Assembly (NCBI GenBank): GCA_964270895.1 | Contig: OZ185442.1 | DNA length: 64,000 nucleotides | Origin: Podarcis filfolensis | Lineage: Eukaryota | Strand: one strand, 5' to 3' | In this document: positions 48,895-61,500 of the stretch, in pieces | Layout: the number at the start of each line of letters is the position of its first letter | Numbering within the stretch: position 1 is the stretch's first letter | Notes under the pieces: generated by a model | The model's database searches: none | What the model was told of the DNA's origin: nothing | What the model saw: only the letters and a program-made list of their open reading frames with translations | Made by a program: the position numbers and the translations under genes

Positions 48895-49404
48895 TAAAAG
48901 TAAAGTTTATCTACAATAGTGGGAGCCCCGATTCCCTCCACCCCACAATCAGTTCGATTTGTGAATCATACTGGCAAATCAGCAGTGCAGAACCACTTTA
49001 AAACGATATTTTTAATATAAGTTTATCAGCTTATAACTACTTTCTAGTGAATGAAACCTGAAACATAAACTCGATGAAAGTTTATTCAGAGCTCGGAAAG
49101 TGATCCCCATACGCTTACCTGAAAGTAAGCACCGCAGGACACAGTAGCAGTTACTGCCGAGGAGACATGGGGTGGGGGCGTTGCAAGAGATACGTGTTAG
49201 CATTAATATTAGCAAAAGGGAGCAAAGTTCTTGCAGGCGCCGCGCGGGCGTCCAGCCCTCTCCCGCAGGCTCCATTGCAAAGGCCTGGGGCGATTTGCAG
49301 CGGAGGGAGGAAATGCTTAACCCTTCCCTTGCCAGCCACTTCCCCGCGCAGATTCCCAGCCTCGCCAGCTTTAGCTCCCGCCCACATGCCAGCGCCGCGT
49401 TTAC

Positions 49405-49620
49405 CTCGCAAAAAGAGAGGAAGGGCGAGGAATCCAAAGCTACGATGTTTCGCTTTTTTTTTTCCTTTCCCCCCAGCTCGAAGTTTTCCCGGGTGGTTTG
49501 CAAAGCGCTCCCCGCTTGCCTTGGGTCTTCAGAGAGGGAGCGATCCCCCAAGCTCCGCCTCTTGTCTCGGTTGCGGGGCAGGAAAATGGTTCAAAAATTG
49601 CACCCACTGCCCAGCTCACC
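49405..49620 (-). other. Probable non-coding exon 1 of GBP copy A
   Basis: Donor GAG|gtaaacgcggcgc at 49405/49404, homologous to the donor AAG|gtaaacacggcgc at 63518/63517 in copy B. Other donor-like sites at 49619 and 49118. Confidence 0.55.
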
Positions 49621-49710
49621 CTTCCCCGGAAAGCTGGCGTCCCGTTGCCAATATATATATAAAAGCGAAAGTGAAAGCGAAAGCTCGCCGGCTGCCCTTT
49701 TCTCGGAAAT
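49620..49710 (-). promoter_or_regulatory. Interferon-responsive promoter of GBP copy A (GAS + ISRE + TATA-like)
   Basis: GCGAAAGTGAAAGCGAAAG (tandem GAAANNGAAA, about 49665-49683), TTCTCGGAA at about 49700-49708, (TA)n TATA-like run about 49649-49662, in the order GAS-ISRE-TATA along the minus strand. Confidence 0.8.
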
Positions 49711-49764
49711 TCACGCGATACCCGGAATTCACCTTTCCCGCAGTTGAATGCTTTTCTTGGGATC

Positions 49765-49870
49765 ATAGAATTGCAGACGTGGAAGGGATCCCGCGGGTCA
49801 TCTAGCCCAACCCCCTGAAATGCCGCGGTCTCAACTAAAGCAGCCCGGACAGGGGGCCGTCCGCCTCTTA
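49765..49870 (-). mobile_element. CR1-type LINE/SINE 3' end just upstream of the GBP-A promoter
   Basis: tcatagaattgcagacgtggaagggatccc...tcatctagcccaacccc. Confidence 0.6.
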
Positions 49871-52270
49871 AGTGGCAGAGATGGTGCGTTTAGGAGGTTT
49901 CTGCCTTGTGCTGAGTCAGACCGATCTGGTTCCGTATTGCCTACACTGGCTGGCAGTGGCAACTTCTAGGATTTCGCGGGGGGCGGGTCCTCTCCCAGCT
50001 AGACCTTCCTTCGCCCTATTTGCATTATACAGGCTGCTACACACGATGCCTTCGAAGCACTTTCAAAGCAGGTCTTTCTCCCCAAGGAAATCCTGGGAAC
50101 TGTAGTTTCTTCAAGGTGCTGGGGATTGTAGCTCTGTGAGGGCTGCACTACAGCCCCCAGAACTCTTTGGAGTGGGAGGAATGTGCTTTTCGAAGGGCCA
50201 CACCACACTGAAAAAACAGTACTGCTGAGAGCAGGGTAAATAACTTTGACACAGGGGAAAGCAAAAGAAAAATAGTGTCCACACCCTTCTGGGGCACTAA
50301 TTTTCACATTAGCGCTTAAAACTCCAAACTGAGGAAGGAATGGTGGTTCAAAAGCTGTAAAAATCTGTTTTTGACTATTCACAGACACAGCATCGTCTTT
50401 ATGATTTATTGTCAGCTGATTTAGGGGTGTCACAAAACTCCCCTCCCCCCCAAAAATGCTGGGAACTGTAGTTTGTTAAAGGTGTTGGAAATTGCAGCTC
50501 TGTGGGGGCATACTACACTTCCCAAGATTCTTTGGATTGCTTTTGAGGAGCTCACACCACACTGAGGAAATAGAACAGTTGGGAGAGGAAAAGTATCTTT
50601 TGACACAGGATAAAGCAAAATGGAAGGCTAGAAGTCTAATGAACCGGCTGCTCCCAGGGCTGACCCAATATATTTTGCTACCTGAGGCACAGTCCACATA
50701 CAGTAACTGACTGGAATGGCAGCTGACTATTATTTCAACGCTGGTAACAGGGAAGCATCCTCCTCCACACATGAAGGCAGCAGGGAGGCTTGCAAGTCTC
50801 AGGGCAGACTGAGGGACACATTAATTTCTGCCGTCCTAAAAGAGGAACTGGTGGCGGCAGGGGGACCTCCATTGGAATGGCTGGGAAGGCTGCTGCCAGA
50901 GGCACATTTAGGAGAGCACGACCAGTTCAGTCGCACTGGGTGCAGCGCTTTGGAAGCACTGCAGAGGACACCACAACTATTATTTAGAATGGAATCCAAG
51001 ACGCAGCGGGAACCAAATTTTGGCTCTGCTGGAATTTGAGAGCCCAAGGTCCACCACTGCTGCTGTTTTCCCTTTTTCTCCTCACCACCCGCCTACTGAG
51101 GCACCTGTGTCACTCTGCCTATTGACAGGGCTGGGCCAGTCATCTACTTGTACAGTCTCAAATGCCTGATTATCAGCGATCAAGTTTCACATTTCATACA
51201 GTGAAAAAACTTCCCATTAATCCCTGAACAGCAAACAGTGAGTGACAGCCAGGCTTTTTTTAGTACTCTGTGGTTTTGCCTAATTCCCCGCTTTTGCCCA
51301 GATTTCATGCCTGTCCTCTGGTATTTCCCCTGCATGTGCCATTTGTTGGCATCTGTCCGTCTCAAGAGACAATGGAGTGCACCTCTGGGGGTGAAGCCAA
51401 CCCGCTGGAAAATCACAGCACCGGTTGTGGCTGCAGAGACCGTTAACTTTTAAACTTCTGCCTCCCATGTTGTTTTTGCTGCATTAGCAGCACTGAAGTG
51501 ATCTCTCCATGATGCAACCCTGGGCAGTGTGCATGGAGGTCCTGGGCTGCCCAGCCGACAAGACCCTGCTTCTCAGCCTCACTGATGTGGTCCAAAGGAA
51601 AGCAGAGCAATGTGTTTGGCACTAGCTTGGCTGCAAGATTTGCTGGAAGAGGCATAAAATCATAAGGCTATAGGCAGAGACCAGGCTATTTATTTTATTT
51701 ATTTATTTTCTATACGGCTTTGCATGCCTGAAAAGAAATAGCATATAAGAAAACAAGTTGGACACAACTATTCACTTAGTTCTCTAGCCAGTTAGAAACT
51801 CAGATATATAAGCTAGGCACCAAATGGCTCCTTAAAACAGTACATACAGCGGAAGAGATAAGGCCGTCTTCTGCTCCCCCGCTCTTCCCAGACAGGCATG
51901 TGATTTACACCAATCTCATCTGCAGCATCGGGGGCGGGAAATACTAACAGGTTACAGTCGCCAAAAACAGAATGTCTGGTTGCCATTTTGGGGCCAGGCA
52001 GCTCAAAAGTCATATTTTTCAATACAACTTTTTGGTTCCTGAAATTTGTGCAGATAAAATATTACAGAGAATTCTACAGGATGTTTAAAACAGGCAAGAG
52101 CTAAGGATCCCCAGGCATCCACCTTCACCTGGTCCCAAAGTGGCCAGTAACCGGGTGCAAAATGCGCTTGGCGAATTTCAAACACTGATCTGTACATAAC
52201 ACTGCAATGAAGGTATGGATGAGGTGATAAGATAGGGAAGTCAGCAGAAAACTAAGAACAACTAGCCCCA

Positions 52271-52276
52271 TTTATT
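52271..52276 (-). terminator. GBP copy B polyadenylation signal AATAAA
   Basis: tttatt on + strand about 12 nt after the TAG stop. Confidence 0.65.
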
Positions 52277-52288
52277 CCCATGCTGGAA

Positions 52289-55200
52289 CTACTTTTTCTT
52301 TGGTGTGCTCCTTACATTCTTGGGTGGGTTTTTACTCCTTGGTGTGCTTTTTACACTCTGTGGTGCACTTTCACTCCTTTGTGGATTTAGAGCACTGGAA
52401 AGCATGTTACTCTGCATCCTGTACTGCATAACCTGTGTTGCTAAAGGTGATACAGCTGACACAACTTTTTCTATAGCAGACAGAACAAGGGCCACCTTGG
52501 AGTTATTACTTTCTTCTTTGAGACGTTGGATTTCATCTTCCATCTCACTGGCCCTCTGTTGAAATCCTTCCCTCAGCAGTTCCTCTTGTTCCTGGGAAGT
52601 TGAAAAGCACACAGAGACAGTTTAGTTGATGGATGGATAAGAAATGGGGCAGCATCTATGAACAGGGATGGGATCAGGCCAGACCTGGACCACTTTGTGT
52701 GACAGTTGTGTTTTCGTTGCCAACCAATGCATTTCCCCACTGCACTGTGTTGCCAAATGGCCTCCCATAAAACCAACTGTCTCCAAACTAGACCTGCTTT
52801 TTTATTTTGAGCATATAGGGATTTGTGCAAAATCTGACGTGGTTAAGAGCAACAGGAGCTTGGCTATGCGCAACACACAAAATTCAGCTTAATCCTGCTC
52901 TGTGTCCTCAGGCAAGCCAATCCCAGCTGGACCCATACCTTCACAGGTAAGAGCTACAAATATGAATGGACTCCCATCATCCATGACCACTGGCTGAGGC
53001 AGATGGGAGCTGGAGGCCGCTAACATTTGGAGGGTACCATGCTGACTATTCCATCTGACTATACCATCTGTATGGGCAAAATTAGATCCTGACCCACCTC
53101 AAGGGGTTGTTGAAAGGAGAACAAAGGAACTGTATAAGAAGTTGTTTGAAGACTCAGGACAAGTACTGTAGAAACACCAGCTAACGTCTATCGAATATAT
53201 GGAACCTAGGTTTTACCAAGCCACAGTGAGTCACTGAAAAGCTCCCAGACAGTGCAGCTTTCTTGCCTCATTCTGCACCATCCATCAGTGGCTGCTTGCC
53301 TGCAAGAGCATATTATGCCCATTTTAAAGCAGATTCCCTAAGTTAGGGATTTTCCAGGCACAAATCAAGGTGACGGCAATCACCTTTAAAGCATTAAATA
53401 ATTTGTTCTTGATTTTGCTTGAAAGACATAGGGTTATGTGGCCTGTATAAAGAGGGTGATGATATATCCGGGAATATATGGTTTATGCTGAGACATTCAG
53501 AAGGGTAAAGGAGGCTGTCTGTGAACTAGATTTGGGCTTGAATGGAGGAAGAGTTCTGCTTCTAAGCATCATCCTAAGGAGAAAGCAGGAGCAGGGGAAA
53601 TGGGACCCTCCAGATTTTTCTGGTCCATGAGCACTGGCCATACTGACTGGGAAAGATGAGAGTTGGCTCCAGCCACATCTGGAGGACCACAGACCTGGCC
53701 TGAATATTGAATCTTCCAGGGGGACGGCTGCATCTGACTCAGCTCTCTTTACCTTGAGTTTATGCCGTATCATCTTTTCTGTTTCCTCTTCCATCAACTT
53801 CTTCTCTTTCTCCATCTTCTCCTTCAACAGCCAGAGCTGTTCATCGTGGCTTCGCTTCTCATCCTCCATCATTTGCTTCAGTCTGGCCTGCTCCTGCTCC
53901 AACAGCTTCTGCTGCAGCTGGGCTGCTTCGGCCTGAGCGCGCTGGGCTGGGGGCCAGCGAAGGAAAAGAGACAACATGAATACTGAGGGGGCTGCCATCC
54001 CCTGCCGCCATCTCCCCTTCACCCTGTGTTCTGTTCAATGTTCTCTCCTTGCCTGAAGATGAGAATACTACATCTGTCGCTATGCCATTCTGCAAAACGG
54101 TACCACAACTGTAACCCTTCCCTGGGAACTCAGAGCCCAGCCAGAGAAGGCCAGGACGTTTACTTTCTAATACATATAATTTATAACATATACTCATTGC
54201 CTTAGATATGCACCTTCAATTTCCTTCTCTTTGTCGGTCAGGGCGTGGTCCATCTGAAGGAGAGAGTTTGCCACCGTCTGCTTGGATTTCAGGAATTCTT
54301 CAAGAGCTTTGTCTGCCTGATAACACATTGAGAGCAAAAGTTATTCATTTTACAGTATAATGGGGGGACAGACGAGATTATATATTGTGATTAAGGGCAA
54401 AAATTGGTGTATAGTAAATTAATAATTGTACCTTAATGAGGCGCTGAGAAATTGATAATAGTGGTCCCTAATCCCTCTCACATAGCCTACAAGTCAAAGG
54501 TCTTTTAAACTATTTTATGTAAACCAATTTAATATATTTTTCATTGAACAGAGTTTATTCAGTTTGGTAAATAGACGAACAAACTAATTCACTTTGAATC
54601 AAGCCCTACTGAATTCAGTGGGGCTTACTCCCAAGAAAATATTCACAGTATTGCACTCCAGGTCTAAAGTTTGGATCTGTCCTCAGTCAGTATAAGAATG
54701 CTCATTCTTTGGCTATCACAGAAATGCTGGCTTCCTGCCCTACCTGAATTCCTTTCTCAGGTACCAAGTGGTATTTCTTCTCTATTTCGTCCCGTTTCTC
54801 CAGATAACGCTGGTAGCCACCAGGCACAGAGTAAATTCCCATCCGGAGCTCATCTTCTAGCTCCTGGGAAAGATCTGTCAGCACGGCAAAGCAGCGGTCA
54901 AAAGACGCCTGCTCATTCTTCCTGCAGAACTCTTCCTTTTTCTGCTTCAGCTCTTGCTACGAGAGACAGAAAATTGGCAGAAAGATGATCTGTTAATAAT
55001 GATGAAAAAGCTTTTCCTCTTCAGTAGAAAGACTTACTAACAAGGCCACATCAAAACTACAGTACAAATTTCAATTGACTTAGCTGTCCCCACTCCCACC
55101 AAAAATCGTGGGAGCTAGCTACAACATCAATGATCTATAACGGCTGCATTTCTAAAATGTAGGCCAGTTTAAATTGTCTGGCTCCACCCTTCCTAAAGTT

Positions 55201-58200
55201 AAAAACTAAGTGCGTACCCAATCAAATTGCAATCCTACCAGTTCTGGGATATGTGTTTGTCTTCCATTTCATCTGGAGAATGTGTCTTTCACAGGTAACT
55301 AAGCGAGCAATCCTGCAGCAAGATGCTCCACGATGAACGGGCTAAGATCCAGCGGATCTCTGGCTGAGCCAGGAAGTTCCCCGCACAAGCAGGCTATGCT
55401 GGCTTAGCTCCCTCATTCTCGGTTCAGTCGGGGATACACTAGAGTTTCCCCCAGATCCTGGTTCAGCCATGACTCACATCTTGAGCTGGCCTAAAGCCTG
55501 AAAAGGGGGCATTTAAGGGGCATGGTGGGGGCAGGACCGGGAGGGGGGTCCTAAGCCTATTCTGCTCAGTCATGTGACCTAGAAACCCAATGAAAACTCA
55601 GACGGCCAAGGGGATGGTGCAGTTCAAACACTTATTTTAAAGGTTTGTTCTCCCTCTGCCAGGCTTAGGATTGCTAGGCAAGCAGTAGCTCAATGGCTGA
55701 ATGGAGTTTGGTGTATAACTTTACACCAGCTTAACTTACACCGGCCTGCTTTATGCCACCTTTCTATGTTCCTTTTTGCCTTTGGATAACAAGAGGCTGT
55801 CTCCATTCTGAAGTGAGATTTTTAGAAAACCGTGCGAGTTTTGGAAGACCCTCCTAGCTGTGATGCTCAGAGCTAAGCTAGGTAAGTGTTTACAGTGGTA
55901 CCTCAGGTTAAGAACTTAATTCGTTCTGGAGGTCCGTTCTTAACCTGAAATTGTTCTTAACCTGAGGTACCACTTTAGCTAATGGGGCCTCCTGCTGCCA
56001 CCGCACAATTTCTGTTCTCATCCTGAAGCAAAGTCCTTAACCCGAGATACTATTTTTGGGTTAGCGGAGTCTGTAACCTGAAGCATCTGTAACCTGAAGC
56101 ATCTGTAACCTGAGGTACCACTGTATTCTGCTAAGTTTTATTTATTTTTTCCAGATCTTATTTTCTTCTAAATGTTTCCTTCAGCCAATTAACATTTATG
56201 TAGGAACACAGGAAGCTCCCTTGTACAGAGTCAGACCAGTATTGTCTATCCTTGGGGCAGCTCAGCCAGTAGAGCATCAGACTCTTAATCCTGTCTCATG
56301 TTGAGCAACCACGTTGAGCCCCATGTTGGGTAAAAATATTCCTGTATTGCAGAGGTTGGACTAAAGGACCCTCGTGGCCCCTTCCAACTGTACAATTCTA
56401 TGATGCTTTCTGCACTGACTGGCAGCAGTTCAACACAACTTCAGGCAGAGGAGACTCCCTGATATGCCACGCTGGCAGAGGTGTGTTTTTTTTAAAAAAG
56501 AGAACAGATTTACCTCAAGCTTCTCTTGTGATTTTTTTACCAACTCATCGCCAAAGGCACGGGCCATGAAGATGCCAGTGGCTTCCCTCTCACACTCGGC
56601 GTGCACCGCCAGCAGCTCATTGACGGAGCCTGTGGGCAGGTTCAACCGCTGCCCCATCCGCTCTTCGTAACAGGAAATGGCATCACACACGGCTGCTGCG
56701 TTCTCGATCTCTGCCAGGGCCAGCACGGCATTCTCCAAGCAGGGCAAATCCCCGCTGTTGATAGCATTGACGTAGGTCTTCACCAGGTTCTGAAGCACTG
56801 AAGAGGGAAGAGTTGGGCCAAGTCACCAAATCAGAAATGGCAGAACAGGGATGCCCATCCCGCTTAACTTTTGTACGCCAAGGAAATGTATCCCGAGTCA
56901 AACATCTTTCAAACGTTTGTACTATAACTGTGGACACATCATCCACTGTTCTCATAAAAGAAAAGAAATAGATATTCTGCACAAAACAAGAGACAGAGAA
57001 GACATGTTTTTAAAAGTAATGTTGTAGCCCTCATGCCTGTAGAAAATAACCTGAAATATGAAGGAAGCACTTGGGAATGCTTAAAAAGCAGAGATTACTA
57101 TTCTCTGCCCTGCACCCACATCACATTCCTAATTATTATTACCTCTCTATGCTACAGGACGGTGCTGTGGGTTAAACCACAGATCCCAGAACTTGCAGAT
57201 CAGAAGGTCGGCGGTTCAAATCCCCACGATGGGGTGAGCTCCCATTGCTCGATCCCTGCTCCTGCCAACCTAGCAGTTCGAAAGCACGTCAAAGTGCAAG
57301 TAGATAAATAGGTACCACTCTGGCGGGAACGTAAACAGCGTTTCCGTGTGCTGCTCTGGTTCGCCAGAAGCAGCTTAGTCATGCTGGCCACATGACCCGG
57401 AAGCTGTACGCCAGCCCCCTTGGGCCATTAAAGCAAGATGAGCGCCGCAACCCCAAAGTCGGTCAAGACTGGACCTAATGGTCAGGGGTCCCTTTACCTT
57501 TACCTCTATGCTACATATGTATTATTGCCTTCCATACTTCTGGTTCTTGCCAAAACTGGAAGCAGCCCAATCCATAACTCATTGTCAGCACAGTGTGTAT
57601 CCTGCAGCTGTGGGGCCACACTGTGATAAGTACGAAACAGTACAACTGGGCTCAGAACCCAGCTCAGAACCAATATTTTATTGAATACAAGAAATAAAAC
57701 ATCAACAAAACAAAGAACAAAGCCCCTATATTAGCGGCACCATGGGGAATTAACTCTGCAGAAATAGGCATGGAAGTGTTTCGGTCTATTAATTCTCAAT
57801 AAATAAAAGGGGGAGGGGGTGAACAGGATTTTTAGTAGCCAAATGTCATGGGTTCAAGTCATTGCTTGCTGCAGAAGCATAATAAATGATGTATGCGTTT
57901 AAAACAATGTTGCTTTCTGCACAAATGACGCAACCAAATTTCTCTGAAAGTAGAATTTGGGTTTCATCACAGAATCGTTACTGTATTTTATTCTGTGTAT
58001 ATAGTTTTCAAAATAAATTCTAGCTAAATGATGTTCAGCAGGCAATCAAGTGAGCAGCTTACATGCAATTCAGCCTGCACGTGAACAAAGAAATCGTCAA
58101 ACTGCAGAGCAAGGACAAACTAAAGCATTTTATACAGTCAGGTGGGTCACTATTTGTTTCTGATGTCACCTGATCCCTTCTTGGCTGGTAGCTGAGTAAC

Positions 58201-61200
58201 ACCATTCACCTCAAGCTGACAGCTTCCTACACCCCCAAACTGCTCTGGAGGGAAAAGCCCCCCATCCATGGGGTTCCCAGACTGAGACCAGTTATTAGTA
58301 TTATTAGAACGGCACTGGGTAAAACTAATTACTCGAATCAGAATGGTTCTCTACCCACCAACCCCAGCCTACAATCTTTCAAAAATGTTCCCTACTTCTC
58401 CCTGTCACAACTTGGCCTCCTGGAACTGTCTTGGGTCGCGATGTCTCCCAGATGTGTTGGCAGAAACGAGCCACCGGCTCCAAGAAATCTTCCTCCAAAT
58501 CCTCTTCTTCCAGTTCCTCCAGCCGGGACAACTTTTTCCTGCTAGCTGGGCGGTCAAAGGTGAAACATTTCCGCGAAGGAAAGAATCTGCGGATGCACGA
58601 CCTGGGCATGTTGCACCTCTGGATTTGCTCACTATTACCTGGGGGAGAAGTGTGAGTACACAAGACAATCGGTTACTATCTCCAAATTCCACAGAAAATG
58701 TGCCAACCATCTCCCTGGTGGAGCAAACTCACCTGGTTACCTGTAAACATTCAAGTCTCCATGCCAACTCAACTGACACCTGAGGTCCCAAGGCTTGCTG
58801 TAAACTGAGTTAGGATATTGCTCTCTCTTTCAGCACTGCAATGTTATGGCCTTACTCTGAGTACAGTGGTACCTCGGGTTAAGTACTTAATTCGTTCTGG
58901 AGGTCCGTTCTTAACCTGAAACTGTTCTTAAGCTGAAGCACCACTTTAGCTAATGGGGCCTCCCACTGCTGCTGCTGCTGCTGTGCCGCCACGGTGCAAT
59001 TTCTGTTCTCATCCTGAAGCAAAGTTCTTAACCCGAGGTACTATTTCTGGGTTAGCAGAGTCTGTAACCTGAAGCGTCTGTAACCTGAAGCGTCTGTAAC
59101 ACGAGGTACCACTGTATATATTTCCCTCTTCACAGTGCACTTACAGCTCGCATGTGTATATTTGAGATTAGCAGGTAAGACTCCCATGTCATAGGAGTTT
59201 CAGGGAGCCCAGTCCAACTGTACAAGCAACTTAGCTTGGTGTTATGAGGTTTTTCACAATTTTGTGGCTTTTAGCTTTTACAGTTTGGGTATCAACATTG
59301 TAATTGTTGTAGGGCATTTGTAAACCTCCCTGGGAGCACAATTGAGGATTGGCATGAAGAGTTATTAGTAATGCAGTCTGCAGCCAGAGACAGGTGCCTC
59401 AGGAACCGGTGTGATATATCTCTGTGTCTTGCTCCATGTAGCACAGGGGAAATCAGTTCAACCTCTTTAGCCCTCAGTGGCTATGTGACTGGATACATTC
59501 ACCCACCTGAATATTAGGCCTTTTTGACTTAGATCATTTGTGCACCTCTCAACTAACGGTGTCCTCTCTCCATCTCAGACACTGCATTTCCCCCCTTGCG
59601 GTTACTGTACCTGTCTGCAGTCTCAAGGCATTCTCCAGGTACCCGTCCTCAGTTACAGGGTGTCCATCTATCTCCAGCTGTAGTGTGAAATCCCGCACTG
59701 CCCAGATGAAGTCTGGGAAGAAACGGACAAATTCAGCAGAGTTCTCCTCCTCTTCATCTTCCCCGGAGGAAGCTTTGGCTTTAATCCTTTTTGTCAGCTC
59801 AGTGACGTAGCTGGGGAGTGCTAAGGAAAACAATTCCAGGGCTGGTTTGGGGCCTGTTTGAACCTGCAGTTGTGGGCTGGCCAGAAATGATGATACAGCT
59901 TTTGAGCAGAGAGATTTACACTACAGAAAGACCACATATAGTCGTACCTTGGAAGTCAAACGGAATCCGTTCTGGAAGACTGTTCAACTTCCAAAACGTT
60001 CAGAAACCAAAGTGCAGCTTCTGATTGGCTGCAGGAAGCTCCTGCAGCCAATCGGAAGCCGTGCCGGACGTTTGGCTTCTGAAAATCGGAACATTCACTT
60101 CCGGTTTTCGATCGTCCGGGAACCGAAAAGCATGAGTTCCAAGGCATTCGGCAACCAAGATACGACTGTATTGCAATTGTAATTACGGCAGGGTTTTGTG
60201 GCAAGGGGCTGGCATCTCTCATTTTTACACCTTAAGGCCAATTCCTGATTTCATGCCTTCTGGAGTTCCTGCCTGCACCCCCTCCCATGGAGTGAAACCC
60301 CTAGGGGGACAACCTACAACTGCCTCCTCCTAGTTCCCCCAGGCCAAGCGTGCAAGGCCAGCTGGGATTTCTGATGCCCCAAAAGGATACTGCAGGTTCT
60401 CCAGCGCATTTTGATCAATGGTGCCTATGCTGTTGTACACCAGGGTGCTGCTGAGCAGAATGGCCAGGGCAAAGATCCACGAGTCATTCTGTGTGTTTCC
60501 CTGAAACAGAAATATAATATCAGTTACCACCGGGGGGGGGGGGGGGTTCAGCCAGAACTCACCGGAACTCAGTTCTGGCACCTCTCTGGTAGACGCCATT
60601 GCCATTAATACCAGGTCAACACACAGCACAATTGCCTCATTACATAAATCATGTTCAGAATACCACAACACAAACACCTCTGACTGGCAACTTCTGCATT
60701 CCTATGGACTATTTCGGCTGAAAAAAACCTGGAAAAACTCCTGGAAACCTTGTCACTGAAGAAGCCCAATGGGCGAAACAAGGGTGTATCCTGAGAACTG
60801 GTCTTTCATCAGCTGCCTTATTGTTACTAAGTTTGTTACACTCTGAAGACATAGGACAATCCAGAAGGAAGATATCAGTGTGTTGTTTCCCACAGGAACT
60901 GTATGTTGTAATCGTTGGACTTGACAATCTTTGGACTTGACTATCCTTAGATGTTATGACAATAAAAACATATAGAAGGTTAATAGTAACATGATATGTT
61001 ATTGCCACCAGGAACTGTGCTTTGCAATTTTTTGATATGACAATTATATATAATGTTATGTTACTTTACAGCTAGTTACTGTGTGTGTTGTGGTATTCTT
61101 AACACCAGGTCAGCATATTTTGTCACAAGGCTCTTTTGAAAGGGCTAGTCTTCCGCTGTCATGCCAGCTGCCATCTCCCCCAGCTCACCTTCTGCACATC

Positions 61201-61453
61201 ACCCAACCCTTCTGTGTCCAGCAACAGCAGTGTGAGGTCAGGCCTGTGGGGGTGAGGGAGGCACCACATCCAGATGCCCTTCGTGAGCCCCTGCACTGTG
61301 GCACCCAAACGGAAACCTGAGGAAAGAGCGGGCAATGATTCAGAGACAAAAAACAACAGGTGCCAAGGCTTAAGGCGCAGGTCACTGGGAAACCCCACTG
61401 AACTCAATGAAACATTTGTCACATCCCCATCATAGCTTTAAAGCACATGAGTT

Positions 61454-61500
<47 letters not shown>

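Noticed and set aside
49012-49805. 179-212 aa ORFs at the GBP-A promoter, and the 226 aa ORF at 63141-63821
   Set aside because: GC-rich promoter sequence, mostly non-ATG starts, and not conserved between the two paralogous promoters.
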